The notes under the pieces were generated by a model. That model was not told the origin of the DNA and searched no databases. It worked only from the letters and a program-made list of their open reading frames with translations. A stretch of 64,000 nucleotides of DNA from Octopus sinensis (taxonomy: Eukaryota): the NCBI RefSeq assembly GCF_006345805.1, contig NW_021835141.1:1-64000 (forward strand), read 5' to 3'. Shown here piece by piece: positions 10,150 to 22,949 of the stretch. The position numbers and the translations under genes were made by a program. Numbering within the stretch: the first letter of the stretch is position 1; every line of letters begins with the position of its first letter.

Positions 10150-11650
10150 CACTCACACACGCTTGAGCACCTTAGTTCGTTTGGATTACAGTTACACTTG
10201 TTATTTTCATACACCCTCAAGAAATTAGACTGCTGGAAAAGAAATAATCTTAGCATCGATTTACAACAAGCAATCTCAGATGCAAAGAGGCCTCCAAAGT
10301 AGGTCCCTAACCTGTATCTAATGAAACTGTTTTCTAGAGCCGTACGAATCTGGGTTTTATACCCATTTCCTCTCTCCATCTCTTCACATCTTTCAGGATA
10401 GTTCCAAATACACCTCTAAGTACTCCAATACATTTTACTCTCAAATAAAGACAACAGAAAGGCCAGATCCTCGTACTTTACTCTTCTTTCTATACTTCTC
10501 CTATTAATGTTTTCATTATTTGGGACTGAAAAGTCAATTGTCAGGACACTTTCTATTCTCTTTATCTACTAATACCAAATCAGGCCTTCAAGCTTCTATT
10601 ACTGTGTCAGTCTGAATGTTAAAGACCCACACCATTTTACATCTCTTACATTCTACTAATTTACTAGGTTCATGTTCATACCAGTTATCACCATGTTCAA
10701 ATAGTAGCTTTCTACATAGCTTCCAGTGGATTATCTCCCTAGATTATCATGTCTTTTCTACTATTCCTTCTGTACCAGCATGCTACATTCACTAACCAAA
10801 GGATTAACGCTTTCCTCTTTTGATTTCCATAATATTCACTGGTAATCTACTTTGTTTTTGTCTATTTTGGCCATTATAAAATTAGTCCTCCATACTTGAT
10901 CTTATGCCGCTACTAACAAACTTTGTCTTCCGCTCCAGCTTCCCTTTCTGCAAACATGAGCTTCTCCCAGTACCACAATTTGATGCTAATATCTTTGGAA
11001 ATCTACCATGCATAGGAATCTATATCTCATCAAGGTAACTCCAAAAAGTCTCCTATTGATATTAACCCTCTTCCGCTTTTCTTTCTGTGTTGATATAATC
11101 TTACTACTCCTGCCTTTGTGTGGAGTCATCCATCTGTCTAAATTTGCAAATACAGTTTTTGTCTAATCTACAAAAGCTGCTGAGTATCTAAGTAATGAGA
11201 CTGCCTAAGTAAACACGGCCTTCACTACATTTGGACTATTTACCTTTGCCTTCATTAGCTTCCTCACCCTCCGATGTACCCCTTCTCCATTTTCGTTTAC
11301 ATTTCTGTATTTAGTACCCAGATTCTAATACTCCTCGATACTTACTGCTCTCTCCTCCTTCCAATCATTTAAAGGTCTGGCCATCTGTTAATTGGACGTC
11401 TTCACTGTTGACTATCTGCCCCTTCTCATAACTAATATCTATGCCAAATTCCATGCCTATATCGTTGTTGAAGTGTCTTACAGTCTGTATTATAAATGTA
11501 ACGTTTATTCACTCTTACTAAATACCAACAGATCTCCATGTGGAGCAATTGGTTAATTTGTCGCTTATTAATTCTGAACTGACAGCCTGCCCTTGTCTTA
11601 TATTATTACTATTATTATATATTCCTACCTTTCATTGGGGCTCTTTTTCC
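10150..11650 (-). mobile_element. Degenerate R4/Dong-like (restriction-like endonuclease) non-LTR retrotransposon, 3' part
   Basis: Minus-strand remnants DIGMEFG (11444-11463, after the RT catalytic region) and KMVWVFNIQTD (10606-10638; family motif KILWDFxIQTD), with many stops. Confidence 0.65.
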
Positions 11651-11937
11651 AGTTTTGGGGCTATTTTTCCCAAGCATTAAACTAATACATCTGCCCGTTG
11701 TTCCTACGCCTGTCTTTGTCATTTGCTCTGTGTAAATTTGAACTGTACATATATATATATATTATGTGTGTGTGTATATGTGTTTGTATGTATGTATGTA
11801 TGTATGTATGTATGTATGTATGTATGTATAAATGTATGTACGTATGGAAAAAGTCAAGGTAAAAGATGCTAAAATAATTTTATAAAAAACATTTCTGTAC
11901 CGGTTTCAGAAGAAGAAGAAGAATGCTGGAGTGCCAT

Positions 11938-12106
11938 GATAGTAGTATGTGAAATGGTCAAGTGCCCTGAAAGTACCCGTTGTGGATGGTAGTAGTGCTT
12001 GGGACTGTTTTTGAAAAAACAGTTTTTTCAAAACAGTCCCAATTGCTGCTATAATCCATAACGAGTCACTTTAGGTCAATTGACCATTTAACACGCTACT
12101 ACTATC
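11938..12106. repeat. 169 bp fold-back palindrome (MITE-like or hairpin RNA)
   Basis: GATAGTAG...CTACTATC termini; AAATGGTCAA/TTGACCATTT; near-perfect centre GGGACTGTTTTTGAAAAAAC-A-GTTTTTTCAAAACAGTCCC. Confidence 0.85.
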
Positions 12107-12299
12107 ACACTACCTGCATTCCTTCTTATTCTCCCTTCTCTTTCTCCATCTTCTTCTTCGTCTTCTTCCTCTCCGTCAACTCTTTCCTATCTTTACCACT
12201 ATTGCTGTTTTGAGTAACACCTAGGCAAACTTTATAAAGAAAACATTCAGAAGTGATGTCTCAAGAATTCAGTCACTAAAAACTGCATGGCTGCAGTTT

Positions 12300-12900
12300 A
12301 ATGACTGAAAATATGTACAGGTGTGGTTTCATTTATTATTCTAGTTGAAGAGCATTTAGGACGTATCTGAGTGGTATGAGATCCGAATATAAGGTGTGGG
12401 AAGTTTATGTAAATATAGGTTAAAAATTGTCACTGAGAGGACAAATAGTCATATTCCAGTCGAATTTTCAAGACTATTTTCCGTGTAAAGTCCATAGACA
12501 TAACAGCCTTATATGTATTTAGCTAAGCAGCATTCTGCGGTGTTTCCTAAGTGGATGTGAAAAGTTATTCATGGGATGGTAACGGAGAATTGAGCGGAAA
12601 GATCTGCGGATGTTGATTTTTGTTAGAGTTGTACATGTGGGCGTAATTCTTTTGTTGTTGTAGCCATTATATATTTCATGATGAGTTTGTAAAGTAGTGT
12701 GGTGCTTCAGTGAGTTTGTCTTAGTTTGTATTATGAATCCGAGTGATTCTTTGAAAAGCCATACGTCTGAGATGGTGGCGCCAGTACGAGACTTGCTTGA
12801 ATTTTTAAAGTTGTGCGTGAACAGCTGAAATCTTTCTGTGATGGTACTTCATTCTAAGGTTTGGTGTATTTGAGACAGTAAAGAAATTCCTGTTAAACTA
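12300..12900 (-). mobile_element. Old Penelope-like element relic downstream of exon 4 (unit D)
   Basis: Homologous to 28620-29160, 42330-43000 and 61950-62760; LAKYI-like remnant. Confidence 0.5.
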
Positions 12901-13049
12901 AATATCATTTTACTTTAAGATTTAAATGTTATGCACAGAACCTTACACCATGATTCTTGGACTATTCGCCCAGGTTTACATTGTTATGCTTTCATATTTC
13001 TCACAGTCTATCATGTGTTTTTGTTTTTTCATTTCTTTTCAACATTTTC

Positions 13050-13300
13050 TGAAGGCAAGTATAACAAATTATGACTGTGGCAATGGCTCACCAATTAAGC
13101 TGAACACTTTGTTGTCCAACCAGTGTAACTTCATAGCAACAGCAGGTTCTCGTATAAAACAGACATCGCACAGAATATTATGGTCATGATGGGATTTAGC
13201 GTTAATGAAAGAAATGATTGTATTAGTCGTGTATAAGTTTAATTGATATTTACTACGATATATAGTTGCGGCTTTTTCTAGCTCCGTTGTAAAAGAATAG
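13050..13300 (-). pseudogene. Degenerate exon 4 of C4-like gene (unit D)
   Basis: YRSKYQLNLYTTNTIISFINAKSHHDHNILCDVCFIREPAVAM aligns to YGSEYQLDLYPTNKLFSFANAKSLHDHNVPCAVCLTRQPAVVM; internal deletion after AVAM and no recognisable acceptor. Confidence 0.85.
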
Positions 13301-13439
13301 GCACGAATATATATGAAGTAAGACAAGCTGAATATGAAATAAGATAAGCATTGTTTCAAAGCAGGCCCTGAAAAGGAACTTTCAACATTCAGATTGCGAT
13401 GGTAAAGGACAATGATGAGCTTACGCATGATTTCTATGT

Positions 13440-13478
<39 letters not shown>

Positions 13479-13979
13479 TGTGTATGTGTTTGTGTGTGTG
13501 TATGTGAGTGTGTGCGGCTTTAACGACAAAAGCTCATTAAAAGCCGAACAGTATAAAATCTATTGATGTATTGTACACAAGAGATTTGGGGTTTAGATAT
13601 TCTTTGTTCTGGTGACGTAAATAAAGGTCGCATGTTCCGTATTACTGTCTCTGGGATAAGAAATATTTTATTGCCTTTCTAAATAAACAGAGGTTTCCTG
13701 ATACGATATCGGAATGGAGAGGAATAGACAACAGGATGACGCAGACAAAATTTGAAGGGCCTATGGATCTCCCTAATTTTACTGTCCAATGGAAACCTTT
13801 ATCATGGTCCAAACCAATCAGTATATGACCTGAGAAGGTATCCAAGCCGAGACTATTTGTATAAAAATGTAATTTGTAACTTTGGCTTGTAATACTAGAA
13901 TGACCAGTTTGTTAATTTGGTGTCACGGTTTCTATCCGAGACAAATACAATTCGGATTTCGTTACTTACATATAAGCCT

Positions 13980-14073
13980 ACATCCATCCATTCATCCATC
14001 CATCCATCCATCCAGCCAGCCAGCCAGCCACCCATCCATCCATACATACATACATGCATACATATATACATAC

Positions 14074-14116
<43 letters not shown>

Positions 14117-14184
14117 CGTACATACATACATACATATATACGTACATACATACATACGTACATAATACATACATACTTACATAC

Positions 14185-14215
<31 letters not shown>

Positions 14216-14529
14216 CATAATACATACATACATACATATATACATACATACATGCATCCATACATACATACATACATACATACATACATACGTACATGCG
14301 TACATACATACATATATACATAATACGTACATACATACATCCATCCATCCATCCATCCATCCATACATGCATCCATCCATCCATACATATATACGTGCAT
14401 ACATACAAACATACATATATACATACATAATACATACATACATACATACATACATACATACATACATACTTACATACATACATACATACATACATATATA
14501 CGTACATACATACATACATACATACATAC

Positions 14530-14560
<31 letters not shown>

Positions 14561-14620
14561 CATGCATACATACATGCATACATGCATACATACATACATA
14601 CATATATACATACATACATA
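13980..14620. repeat. (TCCA)n/(TACA)n compound microsatellite
   Basis: Visible tetranucleotide array. Confidence 0.95.
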
Positions 14621-15230
14621 CAAAAATATTATCGAAAAGTCTACACTAGATGTCAAGAAAAGATATGTAGGGAATTTGTCGTCCCCAAGATTACTGTCCG
14701 GGACGCAGTACACCCGACCAGTGAGTCGTTCAAAGACAGATCTCCCAGCAAACATTGAAATATTTCCAAGGTTTAGACGCTGTAAACCACGAAAATGCAC
14801 ACGATCACGTGCCCTGGGGCATGTTGCGGATGGTTTTCCAGGAAGATGTGTTTAATGTGCAAATACTGTTTGCCATAAAGTACTTATATGGATGTTCAAA
14901 TGTTTGTATTTATGTAAAAGTCGAAAGTTTACAATTTGAAGGTTTCACTTAGTTGAAGTGTGCATTGTTAGTGCCCCTTCTCACATTCTTTTTTGTGATC
15001 TGGTTGAATATGCGCAACCATTGTGGCAGAGGTATCCCAATTCATCTCTACGTGATCGGTCGACTGTTATTTGTAGACGACATGCTGCTACCTGATTCTT
15101 CTGATGGTCACCAACAACGTGCATTGAATGGGTTGGCTGCCGAGTACCCCAAGGCAGGATTGACAAATACGCACTGTGTAGGAAAGTGGAACATCATTAT
15201 TGCGGGTCTCTATTCACGAATGATTCAAAG
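14620..15230 (+). mobile_element. RTE-clade LINE fragment (RT region)
   Basis: RLLFVDDMLL-type RT motif; same element as 32627-34250 and 50290-52085. Confidence 0.75.
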
Positions 15231-15300
15231 TTGGTGAAATTATAAATCATTAGTTAATGAGACACGGGTAAAAGACTTTAGCTATAAAATTAGTTCTTAC

Positions 15301-15352
15301 TTGGTGTGTCATCAGGTTTATCGTCGAGAGATTTCTTGGAGATGAAACGGTT
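15301..15352 (-). CDS. C4-like gene, exon 2 (unit D): NRFISKKSLDDKPDDTP
   Basis: ttttttcacAG acceptor, GTAAGA donor, 52 nt, phase 0 to phase 1; conserved at 34485, 48611 and 52321. Confidence 0.8.
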
Positions 15353-15456
15353 CTGTGAAAAAATAGAAATAGCATCATATAACTAGAACTTCTGGGTATT
15401 TATAGTCGTTTAGAACTTAAAACAATGCAATAGATGACAACATATTCGGACAGTTA

Positions 15457-15826
15457 TCATTGCCAACACTACCATCTCAACCCCTAAGAAATCTTCTAGA
15501 AGGCGCTTCCATCAAGTCCAAGGATTTTCTGAACAATATCAGACAATACAACTCTGCATTTCAAATGACATCGTTTGGTGAATCTAAGAAGATAGATAAA
15601 CATGAATTTACCCCGACGTCAAAGTTCAAGGGCAAGTCTATCCCATCATTGGTTCCCTGGTACTCGCGAATGAACAACCACAGTTCCTCAAATTTACTCT
15701 ATGAGTGACGTAGGACAAGAAACCCGACGTGAGGTATCAAAATTTCCGATGATGGGTCGTGTTAGACACAGCGCACACTGCTGCAAAGGAGAGTATATCC
15801 CCAGCAATGCCGGGTATGTCTGCTAG
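15457..15826 (+). mobile_element. Non-autonomous Helitron derivative (unit D, internally deleted)
   Basis: Rep-like PLRNLLEG..SKDFLNNIRQYNSAFQMTSFG; starts at A|TC and ends with hairpin CCCAGCAATGCCGGG, then CTAG|T. Confidence 0.75.
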
Positions 15827-15882
15827 TACACACACACACACACATACACACACACACACATATATATATACACATAGATATT

Positions 15883-15951
<69 letters not shown>

Positions 15952-15959
15952 ATATATAG

Positions 15960-16240
15960 TTAAATTTAATCCAAACAAAAAAGCACAAAGAAGCACATCA
16001 ACGCGTGGACGTGGAACAAACAGTATTATTGGACGCCCAGGAAAGAAAGAAAGAAGGAGGGTTTAACGTTTCGGGTGAAGCTCTTCGTCGGAAACATACG
16101 AGATGGAATGATCCAGAGGAGGGAATACAGGGGAAAAAATCGCCAAAGGTACACACGCACACACATTTTGAATGACCGGAAGGAAATGGGTGATGAAAAG
16201 TTCTTTCAAAGACAGCAGAGTGGTAGAGGAGGAGGAATGT
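15960..16240 (-). mobile_element. Penelope-derived non-autonomous repeat with minimal hammerhead-like motif
   Basis: Minus strand GTTT-CCGACGA-AGAGCTTCACCC-GAAAC-GTT-AAAC (16061-16095), ending in (TA)n; copies at ~36430-36720 and ~53900-54200. Confidence 0.6.
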
Positions 16241-17294
16241 GTGTGTAAGTGTGGATAAGAGCGTGTGCGGAGGTCTGCGTGTGCGTGTGTGTGTCAGTGT
16301 GTATGTGTGCAATAATAACACGTGTGTGTGTATGTGTGTGTGTGTGTGGTTGTGGCTGTTAAACTTTGCGTGTTGTAGGGTTAGTAGTGTTAAGGTCAAG
16401 GAAGAAGGAATTGGGCGTGGCTCCCTTTGTCTCTACCACAGGTCAAGTAGTAGGTACTGCTAGTTTGATGTATGTGTGTGTGTGCGTGTATGTATATGTA
16501 TCGTGTGTGTTTATTATTTGTAGTGTGTGTGTGTGCATGTGTGTGTGTTCGTGTGTGTAGGCGTAGAGTTAGGGTGTTTGGCGAATAACAGTACTTTATA
16601 GAGTGTATGTGTGCGTGTGTTTGTATGTGTATATGCGTGCAATGATGACACGTGTAGGTGTGTGTGTAGAGTTTGGGTGTGTGGCGAATAACTGTGTGTA
16701 TGTGTGTGTACATGTATGTATAATTGTGCGCGGGTATGTATTATTGTGTACCGTGTGTATGGAACGTATGTTGGGTTCATGTGTGTGTGTGTATGTATGT
16801 GCGTGCGTCTCGTATGTGCGTGAGTGCATGTACGTGTAGGTTTGTATGTGTGTGTGTAAGCGTATTTGGGTATATATGCGTGTATCCGTGGGGTTGTGAG
16901 TTTTCGGTGTGTGCATTCGTGTGCGTGTGTACGTGCGTATGTGTGCGCATGTTTTTGCGTGCGTGTGTGTGTGTGTCTGTGTCTATATGTGTATACGGAT
17001 GTGTATGTGCGTGTAGGCATATATTGTGTGTATGTATATGTATCGGTGTGTATGTGAATTTGTACATGCGTGTGTGTTTTGGGTTTTTCTGGAGTTGTGT
17101 GGGAGTAATGTGCGTGCGTGTGTGCGCTTAAGTACGTGTATGTGCGTGTGTGTCTCTGCCCATGTGTGTATAAGTGTGGGCGTATCTGTATGAGTATTGT
17201 TCGTTAAAGGTATATGTAGACATCTGTGCTGGTGTGTGTGTATGTACGTGTGTATGTATGTGTGTGTGTATTGTGTGCGTATGATGCATATATC

Positions 17295-17573
17295 TCCGTG
17301 ATCACCGTCACAGACCAGTTGTTGCTACATATCGCTAGTCACAATGCGCTTCGCGTTGTTTTAGCCTTCAAATGACGCCACCCCGCTGGCTAGGCGAGCA
17401 GGCCAACAGAAGAAAGGGAAAAAGTTGTAGAAAAAGAGTACAGCAGAGATCAACACAACCCACTCCCTGAGCCCCGTGGAGCATTAAACACTCACAACGC
17501 CCAGTCTGGGAATCGAAACCGCGATCTGACAACCATGAGTCCGCTGCCCTAACCACTGGGCCACTGCGCCTCC
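17295..17573 (-). mobile_element. tRNA-derived SINE (family 2)
   Basis: Head GGAGGCGCAGTGGCCCAGTGGTTAGGGCAGCGGACTC...GGTTTCGATTCCCAG; copies at 36975-37197 and 55143-55447. Confidence 0.8.
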
Positions 17574-18351
17574 ACCCCCCCACACACACATCACATATAT
17601 ATAAATACATATCGATATATACGTATGCACGTATACTTAGGCATACACACCATAAATATCACAAATACACGTATCTATTTATACGCATACACACACACAA
17701 ACGCACACATATATGTGAGTGGACATACACTGTATAGTGTGGTTCTTCGTGTACAATTGAGCACGTGTGTCTGTGTGCGTGCGTATGTGTTTGTGTGTTT
17801 GTGTTTATTTGTGCGTGTGTTTGTCCGTGTGTCTGTGTGTATGTATTTACATTCGTTCTTACATATTGTCATATATAAAAACCAACGTGAATTACAGTCA
17901 AACATTACGAAATTCACCGAACTACATTGGCACTCGCACGTTTTATTTTCAGTTGGAAAGAAAAGATTCAAAAAAACTCGCCTCACTTCCGTTCCTGATG
18001 GAGAGAAATAGATAAATGTGTGTAAATATGTACGAATTCCTATGTGTGCGTGTGTGTGTATGTTTCCATGTGTCTGTTTCTGTGCGTGTGCGCATGTGTA
18101 CATCTTGATATAATACTTAACACTAATATTTATAGGGCTAAACGTTGCAGCGACAGGGCATGGCCATGCTAGAACCCCACCATTAGATTTTTTTCATTAC
18201 GCACTTATTTCCCTCTCCAGGATTATGTCTGGTGAAAGAGCGATCGGACAGGAGTACAATTCCACTCTTCTTTGTGTTTACTTGGGATGTGTGTATATGT
18301 ATATATACATATATGCACACACACACACACACACAACACACACACACACAT

Positions 18352-18429
<78 letters not shown>

Positions 18430-18501
18430 AGATAGATACATAAATAGATATGTATGTATATACATACGTAACAATACATGTGTGTATGTATATATGATAT
18501 G

Positions 18502-18570
<69 letters not shown>

Positions 18571-18610
18571 TGTGTGTGTTGTGTGTGTGTGTGTGTGTGT
18601 TTGTGTGTGT

Positions 18611-18883
18611 GGAGGCACAATGGCCCTGTGTCCGTAGGACCACGTTTTCGATTCCCAGACCGAGCGCTGTGTGTGTTTATTGAGTGAAAAACACCTAAAG
18701 CCCCACGCGGCTCCGCAGGGGTTGGTCGCGATCCCTGCTGTTCTCTTTCGCCACAACTTTCGCTCACTCTTTCTTCTCTTGACCTGCTCGCTTAGCCAGC
18801 GGAGCGGCGTCATTTGAAGACTAAAACAATGCGAAGCGCATTGTGACCAGCGATGTGTACTAACATCTGGTCGGTCACGGTGA
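18611..18883 (+). mobile_element. tRNA-derived SINE (family 2), opposite orientation to 17295-17573
   Basis: GGAGGCACAATGGCCCTGTG...GTTTTCGATTCCCAGACC...; paralogous copy at 38347-38619. Confidence 0.8.
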
Positions 18884-18890
18884 TATATGA

Positions 18891-18927
<37 letters not shown>

Positions 18928-18932
<5 letters not shown>

Positions 18933-19111
18933 TAATAAGGGTTTTTAGCAACAAGTTGCTTAAACCACATACCAAAAATATTAGAAATAGCAGTCAAAGG
19001 CCTACCATTTCTATTACAACAATGGTAGAAATGGTAGCCCTTTGACTGCTATTTCTAATATTTTCGGTATGTGGTTTAAGCAACTTGTTGCAAAGAGCTC
19101 TTATTATAATT
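18928..19111. mobile_element. 184 bp palindromic MITE-like element in (TA)n
   Basis: Arms AATTATAATAAG..GCAACAAGTTGCTTAAACCACATACC..AAATATTAGAAATAGCAGTCAAAGG and its reverse complement; second copy at 38653-38837, partial copies at ~20030-20095 and ~36225-36300. Confidence 0.8.
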
Positions 19112-19224
19112 ATATATATTTTTACCGTATATGGTTCTTTTCCATACCGAAATACTACTAGGTGAAATTTATTGATTTTATTAAATTAATTATATTTCGC
19201 ACATTATCTGTATATATGTATATA

Positions 19225-19278
<54 letters not shown>

Positions 19279-19289
19279 ATATATATATT

Positions 19290-19444
19290 ACAGTGCCTGT
19301 GTGGTAAGACACTTGCTTGTTAACCACAAGGTATTCTGTTCATTCCCACTGGGTAGAAAATTGGACGAATGCCTACCACTATAACGTCGAGCTGACCAGA
19401 GCCATGTCAGTAGATTTAGTAGATTGAGACTGAAAGAAGGGTGC

Positions 19445-19509
<65 letters not shown>

Positions 19510-19740
19510 AGATGTGTATGTATGTATCTATGTATTATGTATGTGTCTGTGATCGTCGCACCACAATCGCTTCTCAACTGATGTTGGTGTGTTTACGTCC
19601 CCGTTACATAGCGGCTCGGCTAGAGATACCGATAGAATGAGCACTAGGCTTACAAAGAATAATTCCTGAAGTCGATTTGTCCTACTAAATGCAGTGCTCT
19701 AGCATGGCCGCAGTCAAATGACTGAAACGGGTGAAAGAAT
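19290..19740 (+). mobile_element. Family 1 SINE with internal (CA)n
   Basis: Similar to 337-811. Confidence 0.75.
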
Positions 19741-19750
19741 ATATTTTTAG

Positions 19751-19785
<35 letters not shown>

Positions 19786-19919
19786 CATATATATATGTAT
19801 AGAGAGAGACAGAGAGAGAGAGACAGAGAGAGAGATACACAGATAGTAACATACACACACGCATATACATGTTTGTGTGTATATATATATATACGTATGT
19901 ATATATATATATATATATG

Positions 19920-19969
<50 letters not shown>

Positions 19970-20170
19970 TATATATATGTATGTATATATATATATATAC
20001 ATACTTAATAAAGTGTGTTCAGTAAAGATTTGCTTTACCACATACCGAAGTTTAGAAATAGCAGCTAAAAATCTTAGCTATTTTTTCTACTTTATAAAAT
20101 GACTTCTAGTGAAACCAAAATATATATATATATAGAGAGAGATATATATACACTCACGCATATATATGTT

Positions 20171-20223
<53 letters not shown>

Positions 20224-20558
20224 GCACTAATATATTCATATATATGTATATTTATATATACATATATGTATATTATATATACAAATATATGTATATGTAT
20301 ATATATGTATATACATATATGTATGTTTAGGTGTGTGCGCCTGTGTGTTTTTCTGTGATTACGTGTGTGATGGACCGTATGTGTGTGTGTGCACTATAGA
20401 AACATATGTACATGGTTCATGCATACATCCGTCCATCCATCCATACATCCGTAAGTAGATAACTAAATATATTAATACATACATACGTAAATGCATACAT
20501 ACATGCATATATAAATACATAAAGACATACATATATTAACACGAAATCCATGACTTAC

Positions 20559-20702
20559 CGTTTTCGATTTCTCTTCCATTTTTCCTATTCTTGAATCTTG
20601 ATGAAGAATCACGATCGTCAGAACGAGAAGAACCCCAAAAGCTATGAGAGAAGAAATGGAATAACGCTGCGAAATATTCCTGGACAGTTGTGCGAAATCC
20701 AT
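20559..20702 (-). CDS. C4-like gene, exon 1 (unit D): N-terminal tail plus transmembrane/signal anchor
   Basis: MDFAQLSRNISQRYSISSLIAFGVLLVLTIVILHQDSRIGKMEEKSKT then GTAAGT donor; 144 nt, phase 0. Confidence 0.85.
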
Positions 20703-21392
20703 TCTGGTGACAGTTGTCGGTCGTACGTGATACTTCGTGTGGCTTCAACAAAAGATCGAGATGCGAGGTTGAAGCTGAAGACCCGTAACTGAATTCCACG
20801 TATTTATTGAGCGCACAACAACCCAGCTCTGGCATAGATCTTATCGTAAATTTATGAACCAATGCGATTGTTGGAACTGTAAAAGCGGGTGTGAACTTGT
20901 CTGATAGGTTTAATTATTGGAAAGAGATGGTTTGATATTGTCACACAATAATTAGCAAAATATTTTGATGAATGAGAGACACGTGTAAAGTGAAATGATT
21001 CCTGTTTCTGGATATATTATGATATATTTATTTACTAATGTTGTTATTTAATTTTATTTGTTATTATTGGGAAACTGTTTTAATATTCAGTGTGAGAAGC
21101 ATTTCGTTCAACAGACGAATACACAGACACACATACATACACACACAACCACACACACTGACACACACACATATACACACACTCACACACTGTTTTAATA
21201 TTCAGTGTGGGAAGTATTTCGTTCAACCCACACAGTAATCGCAAGACTTAATCTAATGAAGTCCGCTGTTCGGATTGGATTCTTCACAACAAGCGTTAAT
21301 CTGATTAGAAAAGTTTTATGTGAATATCAAAATCAAAACCTACCAATTCCCACCCACCCATACATACATATATACATACATACAGGCATACA

Positions 21393-21426
<34 letters not shown>

Positions 21427-21740
21427 CATACATACATACATTCATACATACTTACATATATACATACATATATACCCCCATACATACATATATACATACA
21501 TACACACACATATATACTTACACACATACATACACAGATACATACATATAAACATACATACATATATACACATACATACATACATACATGCTTTCATACA
21601 TATATTCATGTATGTATGTATACATGTATGCATGCATGTATGTATGAATGTAAGCATGTATATATCGATAGACACATTCACACATACATATATACATACA
21701 ATCACATACATATATACATACATATATATGTATATATATG

Positions 21741-22075
21741 TGACTAAGTGTTTAGAGCGTCGAGCTTACGATCGTGAGGTTGTGAGCTCGAATCCCGGAC
21801 CGGGCTGCGTGTTGTGTTCTTGAGCAAGACACTTTATTTCACGTTGCTCCAGTTCACTCAGCTGTAGAAATGAGTTGCGACGTCACTGGTGCCAAGCTGT
21901 ATCGACCTTTGTCTTTCCCTTGGACAACATCGGTGACGTGGAGAGGGGAGGCCGGTTGCATGGGCGACTGCTGGTCTTCCATAAAAACAACCTTGCCCAG
22001 ACTTGTGCCTCAGAAGGTAACTCTCTAGGTGCAAACCCATGGTCAGTGTCTGACCGAAGGGGGTCAAAGAAAGAT
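21741..22075 (+). mobile_element. tRNA-derived SINE (family 3)
   Basis: GAGCTCGAATCCCGG B-box-like, TTGAGCAAGACACTTTATTTCACGTTGCTCCAG body; absent from the paralogous positions near 1400 and 59790. Confidence 0.7.
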
Positions 22076-22082
22076 ATACATG

Positions 22083-22113
<31 letters not shown>

Positions 22114-22220
22114 TCTTACAAACATACATATGTACATACGCACATACATACAAGCACATGTATGTATGTGCGAGTGTATATTCATATGTATGAATATATG
22201 AATGTATGTATGTATGCATG

Positions 22221-22251
<31 letters not shown>

Positions 22252-22384
22252 TTATTGATCGATAAATAAATGATTGTATATATACATACATATACGCACA
22301 TGTATGTATGTGTCTGTATCTTCGTATGTATAAATGTATGAATGTATATATGTATGTATGCATGCAACCATGCATGTATGTGTT

Positions 22385-22418
<34 letters not shown>

Positions 22419-22839
22419 ATACGTATTGATAAGTAGATGATTTCTTACATACATACATACATACATACATAAATATATACACCCATACATACATACATAC
22501 ACACACATACACACATACATACACACACACATACACACACACACATACATACATACATACATAAATACATACATGCATACATACATACATACATATATAC
22601 ATACATACATACATAGACAGACAGATAGATTTCTTAAATATTTTTGTTTGTTTCATTCATTAGACTGCCGCCTCGACCAGTTTTTAATGGAACTAAACTC
22701 CCTCAAGGTCTATTTCCGTTGTAAGCCCGGTATTCTCTGTATCGGTTTCTTACGCAGGGACCCTAAGTCACGGGGATGTAAACATAACAACACCGATGGT
22801 GAAATGGTGGTGGAGGAAACACGGATACTCCCGCACCCG

Positions 22840-22894
<55 letters not shown>

Positions 22895-22949
22895 TGCAAA
22901 AATGAAGTTCGAAAATGCTGCTATATTATACAATTTTTAATTTTTATAT

